Of a stretch of 58,748 bases of DNA, positions 1-11,128 are shown one piece after another. Under the pieces are notes generated by a model. The model made no database searches. It worked only from the letters and a program-made list of their open reading frames with translations, and was not told the origin of the DNA. Position numbers and translations under genes: made by a program. The stretch comes from Asterionella formosa (lineage: Eukaryota), in the NCBI GenBank assembly GCA_002256025.1, contig NKIB01013367.1, forward strand, positions 1 to 58,748, read 5' to 3'. Position 1 is the first letter of the stretch; each line of letters starts with the position of its first letter.

Positions 1-291
1 CGAAATCTTCAGCATCAACATCCATTTCTACTTTCTCAATTGAAGTAGATGATGAACCTTTGTTTACCTGTTCCCTCAATCATCCAATTTTGGCAGACAA
101 TATTCAATATCCTCTGGAATATTACTCAATACATGATAGACAATTGCTGGATATACAATTGATTCTCAATCAAACAACTCATCTCATTCTCAATCAACAA
201 ACCAAACACATCTGTTAAATTTTCCCTCTATCAATTTTCATCATATACATTTCATGTATTTTGTAAAGAATCCAGGAGATACTTGACGTAT

Positions 292-592
292 TGTTATTCC
301 TACATCACTATCGAATCCTATGGTACAGTTACTTTTCAACAAACTATGCATACAACGGAACGAATTAATATCCATTACATCAAACCTTTTCAAAGGTAAA
401 AGGTTTTCCCTTGGTGTGGGAGAGTGAGCGATCTTGCGCATCAATACAGATGTATATAGGGTTAGTGTTATATCATATATGTATCAGAACTCAATAATGA
501 GAGAACTCGACTAACCCTCATTGTATACTTTGGTGTCGACTTGGAGAACGAGTTACACACAAGGATTAACAAATAAGCTCATATATTCAACA
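292..592 (-). repeat. Possible LTR of an LTR retrotransposon whose body would extend off the left edge of the window
   Basis: A 301 bp non-coding segment bounded by TGTT...AACA (minus strand TGTTG...TAACA). No second LTR or target-site duplication is visible. Confidence 0.25.
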
Positions 593-1199
593 AATACTAC
601 TACTTCTAGTTAGATACTTCACCTGGTACCAGGTACCAGCAGCTAGCAGTATCATGCGGACGCATATCATTGACAATTATTACCACCAGAACTTTAGCCA
701 TGTATGTAGAATAAAAGAAGACGAAAGAATGAGTTGAAAATAGAAACGGGTGGGAGACCAGGCGAACTAAATCTAACGTTCGCTCCTGCAGACGTTAAAT
801 TGTAAATGCCAACCACCCATTTTATTCATCCAATATAAAAAATACAAAATTTTCATTGACTCATTATGTGCCCCGACTATTACGCACAATGGAGTTTGTT
901 ATATTGTTTGAAAATATACTGGTAAATGAAATTTGTGCTAGGGACTACCAGTAAAGTTCCCCTTCTCGCCTCCATGATTGAATTCTTAAATTTGAGATAA
1001 ATATTGACTGGTACTGACCTGATACGCACCCTAGCTATGGTAGTAAGGGGCAATTTGCATTCTTTTGTAAAAAGACAAAAATCATATATCTAGTTAAATC
1101 TTGATTACAGAGATACATTGCTACAAATTAGTATTACTTTAACTGCAAATAAGTTAACCATTTTTCAGTTTCTTGCCAACATATGTGTGAAGCAACCAT

Positions 1200-2520
1200 T
1201 CATGTGCATCAACAAAACTTTAATTCTTGCTTGTAGATTTGAGGTCATAGCAACAATAGATTCATGACCACACATCTCTGGATCAGTTGGAAGAGCTTTA
1301 GGAATGTCTTGAACGTACAGGGAGAAGGGGGAGCGCTCTGAACAACCAGACCAGATTTATTACATTATTACTATTCTATTTCTAGAGTTGCAGTATTTGC
1401 ATTCCATGGCCCAGATAAGAAGGTGGCAGTGGAAAGGTTTTGGGTAGCAGTCAATTCCTTGTGTGGAAGTTGTTAGCTTCGTTATTTAGTCAGTTCTCTA
1501 TAACTGCACTTTGCATGTCAGCTGCAGAATCGGATTGTGACTGTGGATAAGTTTAAATATTTTCATTTTGGCCCCTCCTCTGATTCTATTTGGAGTATCC
1601 ATAACTAATGATGATTCCAGGGCTTTCAAACTCATTGTTTTGTCTTTGTCGTCATTTTCTTGGTCTTCAGAAAATATAGCTTTTTAATCAGTGACTTCTT
1701 TTATTTCTCTGTCTTCTTCTTTGTTCTTTTCAATGTCTAGCACATCGCCATGCTTGTATTCTTCTTCTTGCGCTGTAATAGCACTCACTTTCTTGAAAAA
1801 GGTGGTAAACGTTTGCTTTTTCCTTTTTTCTTGTTGTCTTTGCGTCGTTCTTTTTCTGTTCTAGTTTTGTTGATACTTTTTCCATGAATTTACCCATTGT
1901 AGTGTTTGTGTCAGATGCCAAATCGACATCCATGTAATCACCATTCATTAACAAGCTTTTCCTGGTTTTCAAAATCCGCCTCCTCTTTCCTACGCTGACA
2001 AAACTAGGGAAGCACAGGTCTTGTTGGCAGGTAGCACAATGAAATACTTGCCTTAAAAGATGGGTGTACAAGTGGACTATAAAACATATGAAATTTAGTA
2101 GTAGACTTTCGTGAACTCTCCTTTATACTTGGCAAAAAAGTTGAGACAAGATGTATTAGTAGGCTCCATATTAGGAGGAAAATCAATAGAAAAGACCAGA
2201 GAAAGCTCCCTCTGATTTGGTGGCAATTCATCCTTTGGTATATTCATCCGAGTTAAGACTTGAATATGCATCTGTTTATGCTGTTGAAAGTAATTTTGTT
2301 TACTGGAAGTTAATCAATTATCATGTAGGGAGACACTTTCATGATCTTCGAGCCTTTTACCAGCAGCATGACTGTGTCAACCAAAAGCAGAACCAGAATT
2401 GCTGCCACCACAACTCTGCTGGATCAGGTCCGAAAATAAAGAGACTGTATTGCCGGACAGCAGAATGTACGAGGGTGATAGAAGAGGAAAAAGGAAAAGG
2501 AGGAGCAGAATCATGAGTCA
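1200..2520 (-). mobile_element. Degenerate unclassified repeat/transposon relic, partly paralogous to ~34060-34880
   Basis: Fragmented minus-strand frames including a Cys cluster (CATCQQDLC). 1363-1517 aligns by eye with 34071-34081 plus 34732-34870 (e.g. TTACTA.TCTATTTCTAGA, TCCATGGCCCA.ATAAG, TTCTCTAT). Family not recognised. Confidence 0.4.
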
Positions 2521-2689
2521 AGAGAAATACACTAATTTGTTTGATATTGCGAGTAATGAAGGTATTTAGTAGTCCTCATGCTGTTCCTATAAATTTCGAA
2601 ACATATGCAACACAATCAAAATGAAACAACAAACATGGTAAAATCATAGCCCATATCTCGCATATTCTTGAAATGGAACATCATGGAGA

Positions 2690-3160
2690 ATCAGTTCTTG
2701 GGTATAATGCGTTCATCTGTTACAAGCTGATAGGGACTACAACACTTGCAAATTCACTTGTAACGGAAAATCAAAAATGGAAAACATTCAAAGCTGGCGT
2801 TGTAAGCATTATATTTCACTCTTGGATGACAAGCAGCTAAGAAAGGATTTGAGAATGAGGTATTGGCGAGGTTTCATGAAGCATGATGGGTTGTATGCCA
2901 AGGCGAAAAAGGTTGTTAAGGTTTGATAGTAAATGGGCGGACAGGTGTACCTACTGGAACTTCGATGTAATAGATGCTGAAATTTACAAGGAGATTCTGA
3001 AGGGGAAGATTGCTGACGAACTAGAACAACAAGTCAATGTGGTTTGACAAGAAGAAAGATGCATGGTGCTGTGGTTGAAGCTGAAGGGGAGGCATTGGGA
3101 TTGAAAACAAAATATAAATTGAAAAGACCAGAGAAGCTGGTGCTTTTTGTTGACAAGTCC
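2690..3160 (+). pseudogene. Frameshifted fragment of a pogo-like (Tc1/mariner superfamily) transposase
   Basis: Stitched translation LANSLVT...YWRGFMKH...KAKKVV/RFDSKWADRCTYWNF...GLKTKYKLKRPEKLVLFVDK resembles the CENP-B-type HTH-to-first-Asp region of stramenopile pogo-like transposases. It is truncated near the first catalytic Asp. Confidence 0.55.
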
Positions 3161-4185
3161 ATGGTATGCATATATTCGGGTCCCCTTGTATGGAACACTA
3201 TATTGGCAAGTTGGTGATTTGACAGAACAGAGTGAATGTTTCAACATGCACCTCACACAAGCAAAAACCAACTTACTACTCACTAAGAGTACTTTGTACC
3301 ATCTTCCATTCGAAATCAAGAAGACAGAAATAGTCTGAATTTTTTCTCATGCTGGGAAATATAGTTTTGTGAGAGGATTTCACACAAGCAAGAAGCAGTA
3401 GCAGAGCAAGGCTGGGGACCACTGAACTATACCTGTTAGTAGAATCCTGAAATGCAGCTGCAATGAGTTGGTTTTTTACCACCAGTGAACAGAAGTGGTA
3501 GCCCATCAATTGGAGGAAGTTCAATTTTTGATGCAACCCATCCCTTGATTTCAGTATTCATGCCTGCTGAAAGTCCAACAACAGGAGGAAAGCCCCATCT
3601 CATAAGGTATTCTAAACTTCATTTTCCATATTATATTCCTAATGCCAAAAATATCTTGTTTTTTTTGCTTATTTCACCAGAATAGTACCCCACTTCACAA
3701 GCAACATGCTATGGTCATGGAAATGCAAAGTATGTGCATTTTGAAGTTTTATGAAAGAATCATGAATATACCAGCAAGCCCTCTCCAACACAACGCACAG
3801 TTTGATGATAAAGAGCGTGCTATGGGACATACAGCAGTCAAGTGCCAGTTTAATATAGAAGTAAACATATTTTCTTTCACTTAAGTACCAGTAAACATAA
3901 GAGCATAGGTTTGAATCATAACAAAGACAATATTTTACCATTACCCTCTTTTTAATTATTCGATTGACCCTGCCTAGGTCTGCAAGTGACACTGACATGT
4001 AATCACAGGAACAAAAGGTGCACAGGGTACCGATACGAAAAACCAGGAGCGCATTGAAATACAAAAATCAGGCAGGCCAATCATCATGTTGCCGCTGTTT
4101 TCACTCTGGAGGCTGCAAATATTTAAGCTTGAGATTGACAGTGATGTTTACAGATCAACTACCCATTACCATAAATGACTTGAAT

Positions 4186-5517
4186 CTACAATTCAGCATC
4201 TGCTAAATCCTCCTCATATTCATGATGCAACTTTTCTCGCCCGTCAACTGTATCAATAATCTTGTATGGCACTACTCTGTCAGCCTCAACTCGAAATTCC
4301 ATGATCAATGCCTTATCTTCCCTTCGAATTGCCCGAAAAATTATTCCTACTTCGGATAAAACATTGAGCTTTTCACCCAATACCATGTCTCCTTCAATCA
4401 ATTCTTCTGTTTCCGGATCAGTGCCCCGATTAACCCACATCAAGTCAATGGTTCCATTCAGTGCCAAATTAATAAATGTACATTCAATATCAAATGGTTT
4501 AGATATCTCATAAGGGTTTTCTCTTCCCAATTCTACGGTGAATTCTTCGACCAATGCGCCGCTTTCCCTTTGATAGGCTCGCCAAATGTGTCTTGCATTA
4601 GTTCCCACACGATATTCTTTCCCCACTTCCATGGCTGGTTCAACCAAGTTTTCTTCAAAGGAAGCACTCCATGGATCCACCCACATTAAATCAATGGTTC
4701 CCTCTGTAAAGAAATTGATAAAGGTCACCACTACCGGTGGATCAAAATGTTCTTGTATCTCCGGATTGTCCATATCAAAGAAAAACAGCAAGGAATACTT
4801 AGATCCTTTCTCCAATGGAGCAATCGCATGCCATACAGTGTAGTTGTGAATCAAAGCGTCACCTTGTTTCAGATCCGGAAATCTCGTTATGGTTGTATTT
4901 TCTCGTTTCACATTAGCAAGCCAATCATATGGTTTCCATTCTTCTGGAACCTCTGGAATGGACGTGTTTTCCATCGTCCCCAATGCAGCAGGAGGTCGAA
5001 CATAAAACAACCCACCTCCTTCGTAGTCATCATTCAAAAATATATTCACAGTGAACATGTTCGAATCTTGATGTATTTTTAACATATTCCTGTCAGAGGT
5101 GGGACTATATTTTCTCAAAAAGATCCATTCGAAATCTGGAACTTTAGCTCGAGCTCGTTCGAGATCCCACACTTTTTCTTTCATCGTTTGGACCATATTG
5201 GTTAATCTTGGCATGATTGGCTCAATAAGATTCCATAGAGACTCTTCTTCAACAATACCCCCCTGATTTAGAATGTCAATTTGTTGAGAATATTTATTAA
5301 CCAGTTCACCTCTATCAATACTATCAGTGTCCAAAGGAAATCCCAGATTTTCCGCTTCGGCAATAATGGTCTTGCACCACTCTGGTGTAACGATTCCTCG
5401 GACGGAGTCTACCCAAGGATTCAAGTGGCCATCGTCGTCGTCAGCTGGAAGTGCGGTACTTGACGCCAGCAACAGAAACGGAACGAGAACCCTTGAGCGT
5501 AGTGGTAACAGCAACAT
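4186..5517 (-). CDS. Secreted/ER 2OG-Fe(II) dioxygenase (prolyl/lysyl-hydroxylase-like) with two C-terminal VHL-beta-like repeats
   Basis: 443 aa ORF with an N-terminal hydrophobic signal. Oxygenase motifs FLRKY..., HQD, TVNIFLNDDYEGGGLF, GDALIH...WHAIAPL..GSKYSL give an HxD...H triad. Two repeats follow: (V/C)TFIN....GTIDLMWV... Confidence 0.85.
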   Translation of the reverse strand: MLLLPLRSRVLVPFLLLASSTALPADDDDGHLNPWVDSVRGIVTPEWCKTIIAEAENLGFPLDTDSIDRGELVNKYSQQIDILNQGGIVEEESLWNLIEPIMPRLTNMVQTMKEKVWDLERARAKVPDFEWIFLRKYSPTSDRNMLKIHQDSNMFTVNIFLNDDYEGGGLFYVRPPAALGTMENTSIPEVPEEWKPYDWLANVKRENTTITRFPDLKQGDALIHNYTVWHAIAPLEKGSKYSLLFFFDMDNPEIQEHFDPPVVVTFINFFTEGTIDLMWVDPWSASFEENLVEPAMEVGKEYRVGTNARHIWRAYQRESGALVEEFTVELGRENPYEISKPFDIECTFINLALNGTIDLMWVNRGTDPETEELIEGDMVLGEKLNVLSEVGIIFRAIRREDKALIMEFRVEADRVVPYKIIDTVDGREKLHHEYEEDLADAEL

Positions 5518-5840
5518 TTTGGTATGTTAGACAATCAGTGCTGCAACAAGCGAAATGGATATGAGGCAATAACGTCGCCTGATACGTATATGTTTAGATT
5601 GTCTTTACTAGTGATTACAGACGATGCGAAAGTGAGCGACTACAATGAATGATTATTGTTGAAATGCGAACTTTCTCATCATCGCCCTCCAGCACATTTT
5701 GGTTCACAGCCACGAGGGAGATGTTACTACGCATCCTACGTAAGCGAAGGACACTGATTATTTATATCATGAAATCGAGGAGTGAGCGATACAACATATT
5801 TACCTGTACGTAGTAGGGAGACTGTATAAGTCCTCTGTTA

Positions 5841-5896
5841 CTGGTACCAGGTACCAGGTACCTCGTACTCCGGAGTACCCCGCACATACCGGTACC
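5841..5896. promoter_or_regulatory. GGTACCA motif array in the divergent intergenic region (oxygenase/PPR)
   Basis: CTGGTACCAGGTACCAGGTACC...TACTCCGGAGTA...TACCGGTACC. A regulatory role is inferred from position only. Confidence 0.45.
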
Positions 5897-6119
5897 ACTC
5901 TTTCATGGAATGGTCCTCGATATTTTGGTGGAATATTTCACAGAAGCATTATTCCGTTTATTTTTCACCACTTCCTTTGAATGAACGTACCTGTTATACC
6001 TGAACTGACTCCTTCCTGCACATCACGGATCTATTGCACTCCTCGTTTCCTATCGCGAGTACCATCATAGAGTGCAATTGAGGGAGAAATTCGTTGTTCC
6101 CGCTTTCTTTTTTTACAAA

Positions 6120-8012
6120 ATGTTGTTTCCTAGAACGACAGCATCATGTCCATTGTTGCTGTTCTTGATGAGCACACCGTCCATCGCATTTTCGCCCGCA
6201 TTTGAACCCACGCGACTTGGCAGCCAGAAAGGAGCACTCACTATCAATAAAGCCGACATTGAAGCCGTGATACAGGACCTTTTAGGCCATCGGGACAACC
6301 AACGAGACTTGACCATGTGGAGCAATTCCCGTGATCCAATGGCGTCGCAAAATGCACAGAAACTGCTCTTGACCATGACGACCAAGACTACCAAGGACTA
6401 CAATCTAGCCATCAAGGCGTTGATGAAAGATACAAAAGACTTTCTTGCGGCAGAAAAGGCGGAACTGTTATTACGAGAAATGCAAACAACCGAGGATTGT
6501 CAGCCAGATGAAGTTTCCTATTCCACTGTCATCACCGCATGGTCCAGGAGCAAACACAGAAATGCGGCTCGCAAAGCTGAGTCCCTCTTGAGGGAAATGC
6601 ATACAAATCCTCTTGTCACGCCCACTACTATTATTTATTCATCTCTCATTACTGCCTGGTCACGATCGAAAGATAAACACGCCGGCACCAAAGCGCAAGC
6701 CCTGTTGGATGAAATGTTGACAGAAGTTGCGCAGGGCAACACATTGGTCCGACCCAACAAATTGACGTATTCTGCAGTGATTGATGCATGGTCCAACAGT
6801 AGAGAAAATCCAAAGGCAGCTGAATATGCCGAAGCCCTGCTGAGAAAAATGCAAGCCAGCAAGGATGTGAATTGCAAACCGGATCATGTCACCTTTGGAA
6901 CTGTAGTGACGGCGTGGTCGAGAAGTCGAGATCGAAGAGCAGCATATAAAGCTAGGTGTTTGATAGATGAAATGCAGAGCCTTTATGAAGCCGGTGATAA
7001 GAGTGCCAAGCCAACGATTAAAGCCTATAGTGCCCTAATCACTGCATGGGCCAAAAGGAATGACTACCGAGCGGCTGTGGAGGCTACAGCCATTTTGCGG
7101 CTCATGGAGGAGCGAGGGATTAAACCCGATGCGATCGCATTCAATGCTGTAATTGATGCATGGTCACGAAGTAAGGTACCAGATGCTGCATCCAATGCCC
7201 AAGCCTTGTTTGATGAAATGGATCGGCGATTCAAAGCTGGAGAAGTCAATCTCAAACCAAATGAGGTTACCTTTACAACTTTAATTACAGCTTGGGGTCG
7301 GAGTCATCATGTAAACGGATGCCAACGAGCCCAAGACACGCTTCAAGAAATGAAGAATCGAGCCAAATTGGGTGACTATGGATGCATACCAAATCTGTAT
7401 GCATATAATTCCGCCATCACATCGTTTGCGCGGTGTCAAGATTTCGACGCCCCACTTCAGGCTCAATTGCTGGTAGACGAGATGTATGCACTTTATCGCA
7501 CTACCAATGACAAGGGAATTCAGCCAAATGTATACATATTTAATTCCTTGCTATCAGTTTGGGCCAGCAGTCGAAGGCCCGATGCTGCTTCGAACGCTCA
7601 AGCCATTTTAGAGGGAATGCACAAGCGATACCGAGAAGGTAACATGCTCATCAAACCCGACAAGGTGAGCTACAATACAGTCATTGCGGCTTGGAGTCGA
7701 AGTAATGATGTGTACGCTGCCCAACGAGCGCATGCACTCCTGCAATTGATGAAAGAATCTGGCGATCGTGATATCGCGCCTGATCGGATTACGTATTCGA
7801 CCCTTATTTCTATTTGGACCAGTGTCCCGGGCTTTGAAGCGTCAGAACGCATCTCGTCACTTGTAGATGAAATGAAGTTTGCCCTTCGAGAAGCATCTGA
7901 AGTGCGACAGCCACAACAGTCTAATTATAGAGAAGGTCGCCCACTAAAAAGGAATGTGCAGCCCTTTTCAGGGAAACTTGACGACACTAGAGGTCGAACG
8001 AAGAAAACATGA
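6120..8012 (+). CDS. Pentatricopeptide repeat (PPR) protein, probably plastid-targeted
   Basis: About 12 repeats of type P(D/N)xx(S/T)Y(S/N)xVIxAWSRS...A.KA..LL.EM. The first ATG is at 6120 (the track start at 6072 is GTG). A signal peptide ends in SIA-FSP, an ASAFAP-like motif. Confidence 0.9.
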   Translation: MLFPRTTASCPLLLFLMSTPSIAFSPAFEPTRLGSQKGALTINKADIEAVIQDLLGHRDNQRDLTMWSNSRDPMASQNAQKLLLTMTTKTTKDYNLAIKALMKDTKDFLAAEKAELLLREMQTTEDCQPDEVSYSTVITAWSRSKHRNAARKAESLLREMHTNPLVTPTTIIYSSLITAWSRSKDKHAGTKAQALLDEMLTEVAQGNTLVRPNKLTYSAVIDAWSNSRENPKAAEYAEALLRKMQASKDVNCKPDHVTFGTVVTAWSRSRDRRAAYKARCLIDEMQSLYEAGDKSAKPTIKAYSALITAWAKRNDYRAAVEATAILRLMEERGIKPDAIAFNAVIDAWSRSKVPDAASNAQALFDEMDRRFKAGEVNLKPNEVTFTTLITAWGRSHHVNGCQRAQDTLQEMKNRAKLGDYGCIPNLYAYNSAITSFARCQDFDAPLQAQLLVDEMYALYRTTNDKGIQPNVYIFNSLLSVWASSRRPDAASNAQAILEGMHKRYREGNMLIKPDKVSYNTVIAAWSRSNDVYAAQRAHALLQLMKESGDRDIAPDRITYSTLISIWTSVPGFEASERISSLVDEMKFALREASEVRQPQQSNYREGRPLKRNVQPFSGKLDDTRGRTKKT

Positions 8013-8155
8013 GCAAGTGTACAAAATATCTCCGACAGTGATACTGTAGCGATCTACATCATTTCTACATAGAAGCTGTTATCTATTGCAAATGTAAACA
8101 CCTATGTAACACACTCAATTGTGCCAAAACCGGTTTTGTGTTCGATCTATATATT

Positions 8156-9535
8156 TCAAAATCCAATGATTTGGTCAGGGGAGGCTTTGCCCACTGGAGC
8201 AGAAAAGAGGTCTTCAAATTCATCACTATTGAGGTCAAAATCGTCATCATCGTCGGCTGGCTCATAGACGCACGTATTGACACCATGACTTGCGGTGAAC
8301 AGCTCCTCCAACAAAGCGCCATCACCAGGGTTGACAATATGCGCTCTGTTGACACCTTGGGCAAGGGCCCACGAGGACCATCCAAGGTGCAGAAGGAGTT
8401 CCACAGCCATGGGATCGAGCTTCTCCTGGGCTTCGCTGAAAGATGCGAAACCGGCCTTGTTGACAACAACGTTGTGGTGGTGCAAAAGAGCGTCCACAGT
8501 GCCTCTGGTAATATCTTGTATAGACTCGGTTTCCCCTTGACGGCGCAGGACACATCCATTTGTGGCAAGATACACCAGCTTGCGTGCCTTCAAAGATGAC
8601 GCCACGGCTGCTGCCAAATGATGGCCATTGACGGACACAAGGTCCCCCAATTGTGTCGTTCCGACCGTCGACAGAACCACAACGTCGTTATTTCCCAGAA
8701 TCTGTGCGATTCTATCTGCGTGCACCTTGGAAGCAAATCCTGAGTGTTTGTAGTCCACGCCCTTTACCACACCAAAGGAGCGTCCTGTGTAAAAGTTCCC
8801 TCCCACCACATTACCATTGAGGAGAGGAGCATTCTTATCAGTGGGACTCATACCATTGTGCAAGCGTAGGTGTTTATTGAGGTTTCGCTCCACTTCAAAT
8901 CTGACATGGCCGGCTTCTTGCTCGATGTCCAACATAAGAGCATCGTTAGTCACGCGAAGCGCGTTGTGGCACTCGTGGCGATGGGCGAAATCCAAAGTGC
9001 AACAATCGACATCGAATCGGCAACCGACAACAATGACAATTTTGAGACCTAGCATCCACGAGAGAGCAATATCGCCCATGAGTTTTGAAAACTGAGCTTT
9101 TTGCTCTATGAGTTCGCCTGGAATATAAAAGACTGCAACTTGATCCAAATGATCAGCAATGTAGCGCGCGGATCCTGAAATCATGTTGGCAAAGGGAAAG
9201 ACGGAGTTTCCGCAGCTATTCTTGGCGTTGTCAAGAAGTTCGGAACGACATTCGTCAGACGCCACAAACTCGATTGTGTTGGGGTCATCGACATTGCCCG
9301 CTCCCGACTGGAAGGCAGATGGGCTTTCAAACAAATCGTGAACATTGAAGAAGGACGATTCCGTGAAGTTAACTAGTGGAGAAGAACGTGATGTCAACGT
9401 GGACGAGTGCAGCAAGGATGGCTTGTAAGGTAATGCTGACTTTCCTCTGACCCACGAAGTCGTTGGTACGCCGACGAAACCAACGGCCGTGTCAAGAATG
9501 AGAGTGAATGCGAAGGGGGCACAAGAGAACTTCAT
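8156..9535 (-). CDS. ArgA/N-acetylglutamate synthase-like amino-acid-kinase-domain protein without the C-terminal GNAT domain; probably plastid-targeted
   Basis: 459 aa. Motifs SARYIADH..V.VFYIPGE, LGLKIVIVVG, GGNF.TGRSFGVVKGVDY.HSG, GVNRAHIV...DGALLEELFT..G.NT. Signal peptide ends AVG-F. Ends in an acidic tail. Confidence 0.8.
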   Translation of the reverse strand: MKFSCAPFAFTLILDTAVGFVGVPTTSWVRGKSALPYKPSLLHSSTLTSRSSPLVNFTESSFFNVHDLFESPSAFQSGAGNVDDPNTIEFVASDECRSELLDNAKNSCGNSVFPFANMISGSARYIADHLDQVAVFYIPGELIEQKAQFSKLMGDIALSWMLGLKIVIVVGCRFDVDCCTLDFAHRHECHNALRVTNDALMLDIEQEAGHVRFEVERNLNKHLRLHNGMSPTDKNAPLLNGNVVGGNFYTGRSFGVVKGVDYKHSGFASKVHADRIAQILGNNDVVVLSTVGTTQLGDLVSVNGHHLAAAVASSLKARKLVYLATNGCVLRRQGETESIQDITRGTVDALLHHHNVVVNKAGFASFSEAQEKLDPMAVELLLHLGWSSWALAQGVNRAHIVNPGDGALLEELFTASHGVNTCVYEPADDDDDFDLNSDEFEDLFSAPVGKASPDQIIGF

Positions 9536-9830
9536 AAAGGGTGTTTGTTGTGTTTAGTGATACCCTTTACGAGAGTAACAAAGAGGAGAAGCCAATAAAG
9601 AGCGAGTGCTGAGAAGCGTTGGTTGGGGCCTGCTGACTGGTCTATCGAAACAACACGAAGAATTATGGGGACATCCTCGTTTGGCGTGTTGTTTCGAAAA
9701 ACAGCTGTGCCGATTGCCCGAAGTGAGTGCTCTGCTACCGTTGTGAGTTTTGGATCGGAAATAATTGGTGGGACGATCAATGGAGTAGCACGAGGATGGC
9801 TGCTGACTCCTATGTAAGGGCTAAGTAATA

Positions 9831-10620
9831 ACCGGTTACCGGTACTGGTGCTGGTACTGGTCCTAACGCCTCTTTTACCATATTACTAACTGACTACGTA
9901 GCTAAAAGTGACGACTCACTCTTGGTGTCAGTCGTACCTGCCTGACACGCCGGTACCAGGTACGGTAGGTACATAACATCAAGATCGGTACCTACTATGG
10001 TATAATCCTGCATCTACAACTCAACCTAGCTAGCAGCTACCTGGTACCAGGTACTTCTATTTTTGCATTTTGTATACTGTGCAATTACAACCTAGTATCT
10101 GTACCTTGTACTCCGTCCCAGCAAGTTGCGGTCATCTGGCTTAAATAAACAATTTAATATAGGATAAAGATAGCTAAGCTTCTTGTTTCAGCACAATTAC
10201 AGCGACTTCCGCGCAGGTAATAACTAAACAAAGTGCAACGAACGACGCATTTGATTTTTCTATGTATTCATACTTACTATAGGAGGAAGCAGGAGTACCG
10301 GTGCGGTACTCCGAGTGTTGCTCGATTGGGGTACCAGGTACCTGGTACAGTACTGGTACCTGGTATGAATTCTGAACATACATACCGGCATGTACCAGGT
10401 AACCTTGTACCTGGTACCTGGTAGTCTGCCGTATCCCAGTATCCCGGTACCTGGTACCAGGTACACTGTACATAGGAAATGACAAGGTTTGATTAGTTGG
10501 ACTTCATACAGAAGGTGCCATGGATCGCTCAGCACCACCACCGTCAGCATCATCCTCATAACCGGGTGTCTGGATATCAAATACCGGTACATCTATCATT
10601 TACATGCTGTACAGTACTAG
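9831..10620. promoter_or_regulatory. Dense GGTACC/CCWGG/ACCGGT motif array between divergent ArgA-like and UBL5 genes
   Basis: Repeated GGTACCAGGTAC, GTACCTGGTACC and TACCGGTA units, densest at 10329-10465. Confidence 0.45.
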
Positions 10621-10827
10621 TGGTAATTCGCTCTGGAGCCGGAGCCGCAGCCTGATGCACCGTTTGGTTGGCTGGGGTCGGTGATGGCAATGTTCTCATC
10701 AATTTTTTATCAAACGTTGCACCCAAATTCTATCATCATCCTCGTCCAGCAAGTTACTGCTCGTATTGCCTGAGAAGGCCTGGAGTATTACTTACTACAC
10801 TTTTGTAGTAGCAGGTAGCGCATATCT

Positions 10828-11049
10828 ATGATTGAAGTGGTTCTCAATGACCGACTCGGAAAGAAAGTCCGGGTCAAGTGCAACGAAGACGATACCATTG
10901 GTGACCTTAAAAAGCTAGCGGCGGCGCAGCTTGGCACTAGACCAGAAAAATTGAAGATTCAAAAATGGTACACTATTTACAAGGATCACATCACACTGGA
11001 AGATTATGAAATTCATGATGGCATGGGGTTGGAACTCTATTACCAATGA
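10828..11049 (+). CDS. UBL5: Ubiquitin-like protein 5 (Hub1)
   Basis: 73 aa [30 protein letters not shown]...[23 protein letters not shown], with the diagnostic C-terminal YY. Confidence 0.98.
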   Translation: MIEVVLNDRLGKKVRVKCNEDDTIGDLKKLAAAQLGTRPEKLKIQKWYTIYKDHITLEDYEIHDGMGLELYYQ

Positions 11050-11128
11050 TGCAGGTCTTGTTCTGCTTTGCCTGTTTTTTTACTTATCGCCAAAAAGAAG
11101 GAATTTATGTACAAATGAATGTGAGATT

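Noticed and set aside
6072..6119. Track starts at GTG/TTG (6072, 17126, 40762, 45522)
   Set aside because: These are eukaryotic genes; a downstream ATG or upstream exons give better models.
10174..10592. ORFs rich in PGTRYQV/YLVPG peptides (also 40341-40768 and 13763-14023)
   Set aside because: They are translations of the GGTACCA motif arrays and have no protein-like content.
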